Positions 57,118 to 64,000 of a DNA stretch of 64,000 nt are shown piece after piece. The notes below the pieces were generated by a model, which saw only the letters and a list, made by a program, of their open reading frames with translations, searched no databases and was not told the origin of the DNA. Source of the stretch: Nanobdellota archaeon. GTDB taxonomy: Archaea; Nanobdellota; Nanobdellia; Woesearchaeales; UBA9642. The stretch covers positions 3,268 to 67,267 of the forward strand of contig JAKAKR010000006.1 in NCBI GenBank assembly GCA_021813435.1, in the 5' to 3' direction. Both the position numbers and the translations under genes were made by a program. Each line of letters starts with the position of its first letter. The first letter of the stretch is position 1.

Positions 57118-58153
57118 GAATCCTTTTATGTAATTCTTTCATATCAGAATCAATCATGTCTTTAACAAGCCCTTTAAACGAAACTTTAGGCTGCCATCCA
57201 AGAACGGTCTTTGCCTTGGTGTTGTCTCCGAGGAGCAGATCTACTTCGGTGGGTCGAAAAAATTTGGGATCAATTTTAACAACAACTTCCCCAGTGTCTG
57301 TTCGTATATATTCCTCTTCAATTCCTTTTTTGCCATTGCTTTGTATTGGTATACCAACATCTGCGAATGCTTCCTCTAAAAATTCTCTGACAGAGTGGGT
57401 CTCTCCAGTTGCGACGACATAGTCATCAGGTTTATCCTGCTGAAGCATAAGCCACATGGCTTCAACATAATCTTTCGCATGACCCCAATCCCTTTGTGCA
57501 TCGACATTTCCCAGAAATATATTCTTCTTGAGTCCTTCTTTTATTCGCACAACGTCCGTTGTTATTTTTCGCGTCACAAAATTCTCTCCGCGTCGGGGGG
57601 ATTCATGATTGAATAAGATTCCGTTACATGCAAATAGGTCATAGCCTTCTCGATAATTCTTCGTCATCCAATACGCGTACAGTTTAGCACATGCATATGG
57701 ACTTCGTGGATAAAAGGGCGTCTTTTCTGTCTGTGGGGTCTCCTGAGCTTTGCCGTATAATTCAGAAGTGGACGCCTGATAAAATCTAATGCTTTTTCCT
57801 GTCTCTTCCTTAATTTTTCGTATTGCTTCAAGAATCCGTACAACACCTAGGCCATCAACATCGCCCGTATATTCTGCAGTCTCAAAGCTTATCTTTACAT
57901 GGCTCTGTGCGCCTAAATTGTATACCTCATCCGGCATGACTTCACGGATAATATTATTTATAGAGGATGCATCAGCCAGATCCCCATAAATGAGTTTCAA
58001 TTTGGGATGATCATGGAAATGGTCTATGCGCTCTCGGTTTATTGTCGATGCTCTACGAACAATGCCAAAGACAAAGTATCCTTTTTCAAGCAATAATTCA
58101 GCTAAATAAGAACCATCCTGACCTGTGATTCCCGTAATAATCGCTTTTTTCAT
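57080..58153 (-). CDS. gmd: GDP-mannose 4,6-dehydratase
   Basis: [26 protein letters not shown]... Classic Gmd N-terminus. YACAKLY catalytic motif. Confidence 0.9.
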   Translation of the reverse strand: MKKAIITGITGQDGSYLAELLLEKGYFVFGIVRRASTINRERIDHFHDHPKLKLIYGDLADASSINNIIREVMPDEVYNLGAQSHVKISFETAEYTGDVDGLGVVRILEAIRKIKEETGKSIRFYQASTSELYGKAQETPQTEKTPFYPRSPYACAKLYAYWMTKNYREGYDLFACNGILFNHESPRRGENFVTRKITTDVVRIKEGLKKNIFLGNVDAQRDWGHAKDYVEAMWLMLQQDKPDDYVVATGETHSVREFLEEAFADVGIPIQSNGKKGIEEEYIRTDTGEVVVKIDPKFFRPTEVDLLLGDNTKAKTVLGWQPKVSFKGLVKDMIDSDMKELHKRIHGSGKIVTIQKV

Positions 58154-58295
58154 TTCTATCCCTCGGACATATAAATACGAGATGTATTATAAATTTTATT
58201 GAAAACAACAACTGCAGTCGCAAAAATTACTATCCATTTTTCATCAACTTTATAAATTCTGGCTATGTGTTCAGTCGTAGTGGGGTGTTTTACTA

Positions 58296-61187
58296 ATGTC
58301 GAAAACCAAAGAAGATATTGATGCTGATACGTCAGATGAAGATATTACGCTTGACTTCTCCAAGCTCAAAAGATTTTTCTCATCCAAAACATTCAACGTA
58401 CTCCTTGTATTGCTCTTGATTGCAATTCCGGTTGTCCTCACAGTTTATATTCGCTTGCAGCCGCAATATCTTCCTGCAACCGATCAATGGGCGCGATCCT
58501 CTGTTGATAATTATTATAAGAATCAGATTACCCAACAAGTCAATGCACAGTATCCTAATCTTCCGGTCGCGCAGCGTACAACGCTTATCAATCAGCAATT
58601 TGCGCAATTTGAGAAAAGTAATGCTGATCAAATTGCACAACAGGTCAAACAGACTTCGACATATTTCAAGACAGGGTTTCAATACAATGAAGACAATCAG
58701 ACACACACATTTCTTGGCGATCTGGATTCTTATTACTGGCTCAGACAGTCAAGGTTAATACTAGACCACGGAAATGTTTGTGACGTTGTTATTGATGGGA
58801 CATGTATAGATACGCATAGTCTTGCGCCTATTGGAATCGAGAATGCACCGTCAATGCATCCTTACGCTATTGCGTATTGGTATCGTTTTCTTCATGCATT
58901 GGATCACCATATCAATCTTATGGACGCATCATTTTATCTCCCGACATTGCTTGCGATTTTTGCAACGATTGCAGCATTCTTTATTGGTCGAAGATTAATG
59001 AATGACGTTGCGGGGTTCTTTGCAGCAATACTGGTATCTGTTAGTCCATTGTTCCTTACACGTTCGTTAGGATCAGATACTGATGTGTGGAATATTATGC
59101 TCCCTCTCGTCATTGTTTGGTTGTGTATTGAGGCGTTCGAATCAAAAGAACTATGGAAGAAAGCGGTTTTTGCAGGAATCGCGGGATTAATGACTGGCGC
59201 GTTTGCTTTTGCTTGGGCAAGTGGGTATTGGTACATTTTTGATTTTATTATAGCCGCAATCATTGCATATTTTGTCTTTGAGATGATACGCAGCTATATC
59301 TCGCATAAACGACTTACGAAATCGCTGTCTCAAGAAGCAACGCAGTTAGGGATATTACTCATTGTGTTTGTACTCTCTGCAGGGATATTTGTTTCTGCAT
59401 TCACTTCATTTGATATTTTCAAATCTGCGTTTACCGCGCCATTGAGTCTCTCTGCTGGTCTTAAAGCAGCAACGAGCGCAAGCCTTTGGCCAAATGTGTA
59501 TACGACTGTTGCTGAATTGAATACTGCTTCAATATCGACAATTATTGATCAGACGTCGTTTGGAGTGCCGCTCCTTTTCTCTCTGGCGCTTCTCGGGGTC
59601 ATTCTCCTTATGGTGAAACGTAAGCCTGATGCGAAAGGATACTGGCTTGTTATAACGTCTGCTGTGATATATCTCTTTTTGGTATCTCAACCAGCCCTAC
59701 GATTGAATACTTATGCTTACCTCATACTGCTTATGCTCCCTGTTATTGCAGGGATTATTATGTTGTTATATGAGAAAGAAAGCGTTATTGATGTAAAACT
59801 TGCAGTACTACTCACGATATGGTTTGTCGGTATGATTTATGCAAGCACTCAAGGAGTCCGGTTCATTTTACTACTCACTCCTGCATTTGGGATAGCCCTC
59901 GGTGTCGCGTTGGGATATCTCTATCAGTATTTCGCGCGATTGTTCAATGATGGATTCAAAATGCCTGAAAAGATCGCAAAGCTTGCCGTCTTTATCCTGC
60001 TTTGTTTAATTATCATTGCGCCAGTCCAGATCGGGATTACTGCAGGCAAGACATATATGCCATCAATGACTAAGGGCTGGTGGGATACGCTCACGAATAT
60101 CAGAGAAAAATCTGCGCCTAATGCGATCATCAATTCATGGTGGGATTTCGGGCATTGGTTTAAGTATGTTGCTGATCGTCAGGTAACACTTGATGGTAAT
60201 ATCCAGAACCACCCGAATGCTCATTGGCTTGGTCGAATCCTGCAGACCAATAATGAAACTGAAGCTGTAGGAATTTTGCGCATGCTCGATTGCGGTAGCA
60301 ACAATGCATTTGAGGAAGTCAATAAGAAGTATAATGATACTGAAAAAGCGCAAAATGTTATCGCTGATATTATTATGATGGATACTATCACTGCAAAAAA
60401 TCATCTTCTGTCACTGGGATTCACGCAAGAGGAAACAGACAAGATATTATCTTTGAGTAAATGTACTCCTCCGGAGGATTATTTTATCACTTCAGAAGAT
60501 ATGGTGGGAAAAGCTGGCGTTTGGGCGCACTTTGGCGTCTGGGACTTTGATAAGGCATTTATCATCAATAATATTCGCGGGCAGCCAGTGGATAAGGCCG
60601 TGCAGGTCATGAAAGATCGTTGGAATTACAGTACTGATGAGGCAACAAAGATCTACTATGATGTTCAGGCATTGCAGACAGACCAGGATATGAACAATTG
60701 GATTGCACCTTGGCCAAGTTATGCAGGACAAAAATTCAATTGCCAAAAGACAGGCAGTGATACAGTCACTTGCCCGCTCGGCATCGGTATTGGCAATAAT
60801 GGCCAGGCAATTGTTGTCCTCGACCGCGCAACGGTCAACCTTACTGATCCTGCAAATTCCTCGATCACTGTAGGATTCTATGATCAGACCACCAATCAAC
60901 GACTGGGGGAGAACACTGCGCAATTCAAGGAGATTGTCATGGCAAATGATCATTTCAAAAAATACGCGCCTGCAAATGGGACAATCGGATTATCACTCCT
61001 CATCCAGGAGGCTACTGCAGGAAACCAGACGACATATTATGGACTTGTTGCAGACCCGCTCCTCATCGACTCCATGTTCACGCGATTATTCTTCCTTGAC
61101 GGGCAAGGAACAACACATTTTGAGAAATTCTCAGACACGACCGACATTACCGGAACAAGAATAATCGTTTGGAAAGTGAAGTGGTGA
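58296..61187 (+). CDS. aglB: Archaeal oligosaccharyltransferase AglB (STT3 family)
   Basis: 963 aa. 13-TM N-domain plus large C-terminal domain with WWDFGHW (WWDYG motif). Confidence 0.85.
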   Translation: MSKTKEDIDADTSDEDITLDFSKLKRFFSSKTFNVLLVLLLIAIPVVLTVYIRLQPQYLPATDQWARSSVDNYYKNQITQQVNAQYPNLPVAQRTTLINQQFAQFEKSNADQIAQQVKQTSTYFKTGFQYNEDNQTHTFLGDLDSYYWLRQSRLILDHGNVCDVVIDGTCIDTHSLAPIGIENAPSMHPYAIAYWYRFLHALDHHINLMDASFYLPTLLAIFATIAAFFIGRRLMNDVAGFFAAILVSVSPLFLTRSLGSDTDVWNIMLPLVIVWLCIEAFESKELWKKAVFAGIAGLMTGAFAFAWASGYWYIFDFIIAAIIAYFVFEMIRSYISHKRLTKSLSQEATQLGILLIVFVLSAGIFVSAFTSFDIFKSAFTAPLSLSAGLKAATSASLWPNVYTTVAELNTASISTIIDQTSFGVPLLFSLALLGVILLMVKRKPDAKGYWLVITSAVIYLFLVSQPALRLNTYAYLILLMLPVIAGIIMLLYEKESVIDVKLAVLLTIWFVGMIYASTQGVRFILLLTPAFGIALGVALGYLYQYFARLFNDGFKMPEKIAKLAVFILLCLIIIAPVQIGITAGKTYMPSMTKGWWDTLTNIREKSAPNAIINSWWDFGHWFKYVADRQVTLDGNIQNHPNAHWLGRILQTNNETEAVGILRMLDCGSNNAFEEVNKKYNDTEKAQNVIADIIMMDTITAKNHLLSLGFTQEETDKILSLSKCTPPEDYFITSEDMVGKAGVWAHFGVWDFDKAFIINNIRGQPVDKAVQVMKDRWNYSTDEATKIYYDVQALQTDQDMNNWIAPWPSYAGQKFNCQKTGSDTVTCPLGIGIGNNGQAIVVLDRATVNLTDPANSSITVGFYDQTTNQRLGENTAQFKEIVMANDHFKKYAPANGTIGLSLLIQEATAGNQTTYYGLVADPLLIDSMFTRLFFLDGQGTTHFEKFSDTTDITGTRIIVWKVKW

Positions 61188-61220
61188 ACAATACATTATA
61201 TCTAGCGATTACCTATACCG

Positions 61221-63056
61221 ATGGATATAAAAAATATTTTTAAAAATTTGGAATGGCAGGACTATACTGTAGTAGGTCTTATTGTAGTATTCTTGGTGAT
61301 ATACCTATTGATGCTATCACCGCTTCAATCACTTCCCAGCCCGATTTATGGCGGAGATCTTTATAATCATCTCGGAAGCATGGAGCATCTCCTGCAAGGA
61401 GGATCTGTTTTCGAGAGCGGGCAAATTGCAGGGGAGATACAATGGGTTCCTTGGCTCTATCATCTCTATGTCGTGGGATTCACCCTGGTAACAGGAATTC
61501 CGCTTATACTCGCAGTTGGGTACTCTTCACTTCTTCTCTGGATTATTGCAGCAATTATCATATATCTTTTTGCCTCAAGATTCTTTAACGATAAAATTTA
61601 TGGTTTGCTTGCGGTCCTCTGGCTTTCCGTCGGGTTTCCCATTATGAAATATGATAATTTTGCATACTACCTTATATTGCCGTTGTTCTTCTTTACAGCA
61701 TATTTATTTCTCAAAACTCCCTCTTATAAGACGGGCGTTTTCATGGCCGCATGTTATGGACTTGTTGGTTTGAGCAATACTCATTCATTTATCGCAGCGT
61801 CATTCTTTATGATGTTTTTTATGCTGTATTATGTCCTATTTCTTACTATACACATTGAAAAAAAGCGCGTGGTGATTAATAAGAAACTATTACTGAAACA
61901 TTTGAGATACGGAGCAATTATTTTTATCATCGGATTTGCGATAGCACTCCTTTGGTGGTATAAACCGATTTTTGTGTATCATGCACAGACAGTCAATGAT
62001 ATGCAAGTATACGGATTTCCGGAACTTGCAACTGCAGGACAGATGATAGGAATAGTACTTTTGGGGTTTAAAGAGATGTTTCTGAATTTTTCAACGTTAT
62101 GGACTGCAATATTCAGTCTTGGCGCATTGTTGGGTTTATTCTTATTATTATTTATTAAACAGAAAAAAACTGAACATCATTTCTTACTGATCCTTTCACT
62201 TGCAGGATTTTTTGGTCTTGTAAGCCACTTTATCACTATCCCCCTGTTGCATACACATCTTGGTCCAGAATTCCTTTTCACACGCACATTTCGCGTGGTT
62301 ATGTTCTTTCTATTCCTCTTTTTCATTTATTATTGTAATACTCATATTAAACGGTTCGGAAAAAATATCTCTTACGCATTTTTCATTCTTGTTGCGCTTA
62401 TCTTTATATTTCTTGCTAATGCTAACATTAATAGTTTTGTGCAAAGTCAATGGTATATACAAGCAAAGAATCCGCTCGCACCGCAATTTACTATCACCCG
62501 CGATTGGATCCTTAATAATACTAAACTTAACGATGTTTTTATTACTACCAACGAGGACAGTTTTGCGATCAATGCTCTCACGGGGCGGAAGATGATGACT
62601 TATCGGAGGACGCATACTTCATCCTATACTGATATGAATCAACGGATGCTTGATACTGGACTCATACTTTATGGGAATAATGACGTTCTCAGAAAGAAAC
62701 TGATACAGCAGTATAACATTTCATATCTGTACTGGGAAGATCACTGGCTCGATATGGAATTCCGTTACGATCAAAACGGGCATGTTATCGGGTTCTTTGA
62801 TCCACTGATAATCGACTACACCCCTGAACGTGAACAAACACTCATCGCAAACAACGTCTCTTATCTGAAAGAACATTGGTATCTTGACCCCACATGGCAA
62901 GAGAGTTTTCCCAAGCGGGATATTCTTATTATCCTACCAACCTCTACAAATCGTACTCATCCCTGGAATGATGAGCTCGATGCCCACCTCCAACTCATGA
63001 TGCAAATTATCCCTACAACAGATCCTATCATACGTACCTACAAGGTGACTCCATGA
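61221..63056 (+). CDS. Polytopic GT-C-like membrane protein with C-terminal soluble domain (possible second membrane glycosyltransferase / AglB-associated paralog without WWDYG)
   Basis: About 11 TM helices then about 200-aa soluble tail. Immediately downstream of aglB. No diagnostic motif seen. Confidence 0.45.
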   Translation: MDIKNIFKNLEWQDYTVVGLIVVFLVIYLLMLSPLQSLPSPIYGGDLYNHLGSMEHLLQGGSVFESGQIAGEIQWVPWLYHLYVVGFTLVTGIPLILAVGYSSLLLWIIAAIIIYLFASRFFNDKIYGLLAVLWLSVGFPIMKYDNFAYYLILPLFFFTAYLFLKTPSYKTGVFMAACYGLVGLSNTHSFIAASFFMMFFMLYYVLFLTIHIEKKRVVINKKLLLKHLRYGAIIFIIGFAIALLWWYKPIFVYHAQTVNDMQVYGFPELATAGQMIGIVLLGFKEMFLNFSTLWTAIFSLGALLGLFLLLFIKQKKTEHHFLLILSLAGFFGLVSHFITIPLLHTHLGPEFLFTRTFRVVMFFLFLFFIYYCNTHIKRFGKNISYAFFILVALIFIFLANANINSFVQSQWYIQAKNPLAPQFTITRDWILNNTKLNDVFITTNEDSFAINALTGRKMMTYRRTHTSSYTDMNQRMLDTGLILYGNNDVLRKKLIQQYNISYLYWEDHWLDMEFRYDQNGHVIGFFDPLIIDYTPEREQTLIANNVSYLKEHWYLDPTWQESFPKRDILIILPTSTNRTHPWNDELDAHLQLMMQIIPTTDPIIRTYKVTP

Positions 63057-63901
63057 AATGTCCATTATGCAACAGAACTGATTATACGACAAGCACTATC
63101 GTATTGAACGATTTACGGAGAAAATCTCGCATCGCCTCTTGTCGCAATTGTGGGCTATGGTTTCTACTTGATCTCAAGAAATCACGAGCACAGGTGTACA
63201 CTGAAAATTATTCGGTGTGGGGTCAGGATGAGCAGAGTGAAGAAAAACTTGTCGAATCATCAAAAAAAGTACATTTCGCGTATATCCTCTCACTGCTGAA
63301 CAAAAAATTTCCGCTTAAAAACAAGACACTGCTTGATATTGGAACAGGAAAAGGCTACTTGCTCGAAGTCGCAAAGACAATGGGTGTCAAAAATTGTTAC
63401 GGTCTTGAATTATCAAAATTTGCTGCGCGTATTGCTGAAAAGAAATTTCCTAAAAGGATATTTAATTGTGCGATTGGCGATATACACACCAATACCAAAT
63501 TTGACATTATTACGCTGACAGATCTTGTGGAACACCTCCCAAAAATTAGATCAGATTTTAAAAAGATACATTCGTTGCTCAAGCCGGGAGGAGTGCTCTT
63601 GATTACCACTCCGAACACTGATTCTTTAACAAGAAAAATACGACCGCAGCAATGGTTCCAATATAAATTCGAGCACGTCATCTATTTTAATAAAAAATCT
63701 ATGCGATATATGCTACAGGGATACGACGTAATCGCTCTGCGTAACAATACAAAAAAACTTAAGGCAGGATACTACCGGCTCTATCTCAAAAAGTATTCTT
63801 CACCGGTTACGCGCGCATTATTCCCGAGAGTTGTTGATAATGTCTCTCTCAAAAATCCGTTCCTTGGTGAATTATTTGTTATCGCGAAAAAAACGAAATA
63901 A
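63053..63901 (+). CDS. SAM-dependent methyltransferase with N-terminal Cys4 zinc ribbon (third paralog)
   Basis: CPLCNRTDY...CRNCGLWF. LLDIGTGKGYLL. ATGA overlap upstream. Confidence 0.7.
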   Translation: MKCPLCNRTDYTTSTIVLNDLRRKSRIASCRNCGLWFLLDLKKSRAQVYTENYSVWGQDEQSEEKLVESSKKVHFAYILSLLNKKFPLKNKTLLDIGTGKGYLLEVAKTMGVKNCYGLELSKFAARIAEKKFPKRIFNCAIGDIHTNTKFDIITLTDLVEHLPKIRSDFKKIHSLLKPGGVLLITTPNTDSLTRKIRPQQWFQYKFEHVIYFNKKSMRYMLQGYDVIALRNNTKKLKAGYYRLYLKKYSSPVTRALFPRVVDNVSLKNPFLGELFVIAKKTK

Positions 63902-64000
63902 CACGTAAAGTACGCAAATATGAATAAAAATGAATGTTACGGTATTACGTTATATTGATAGAATTGTAGGAGTTACATTTCTCAAAATATCCTCTCTCTA

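Noticed and set aside
1-64000. CRISPR arrays, rRNA and tRNA genes
   Set aside because: No regularly spaced short direct repeats were seen. No rRNA-like conserved stretches or canonical tRNA cloverleaf (GTTCRANTCC T-loop with acceptor stem) was found on either strand by eye. A computational scan (tRNAscan, Infernal) would be needed to be certain.

Overview
This window reads as an archaeal chromosome segment, most likely from a small-genome (DPANN-like) archaeon. The evidence for archaeal origin is palindromic TTTATAAA TATA boxes about 23-30 bp upstream of many start codons, a DRG/TGS-type GTPase, EndoQ, a Fap7/AK6-like kinase, AglB/STT3, Lrp/AsnC and MNT-HEPN pairs. It is mixed with bacterial-type genes (ThrRS with N2 editing domain, DnaB helicase, LemA, CorA, CDF). 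Positions 1-33900 are housekeeping genes interrupted by small AT-rich accessory islets. These hold an IS4-like insertion sequence nested against a 156-bp MITE-like element that shares the same 9-bp flanking repeat, and two near-identical 144-bp MITE copies with 14-bp terminal inverted repeats and 10-bp target duplications. They also hold a RelE-like toxin/antitoxin islet, a GHKL-ATPase plus STAS-like (DUF4325) two-gene module, and a ThyA-like/Nudix/large winged-HTH protein group. Positions 33958-63901 are one large AT-rich surface-glycan/N-glycosylation cluster. It encodes a complete GDP-D-glycero-alpha-D-manno-heptose pathway (gmhA, hddA, hddC-gmhB fusion) with an embedded transaldolase, a WbpA/WbpB-like dehydrogenase pair, and Gmd plus an Rmd-like reductase. 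It also has GT2/GT4 transferases, six SAM methyltransferases (three paralogs with an N-terminal Cys4 zinc ribbon), a split B12-binding radical SAM gene, a Wzx flippase, AglB and a second GT-C-like membrane protein. No rRNA, tRNA or CRISPR array was found. All calls come from reading the sequence and ORF translations by eye, with no database searches.
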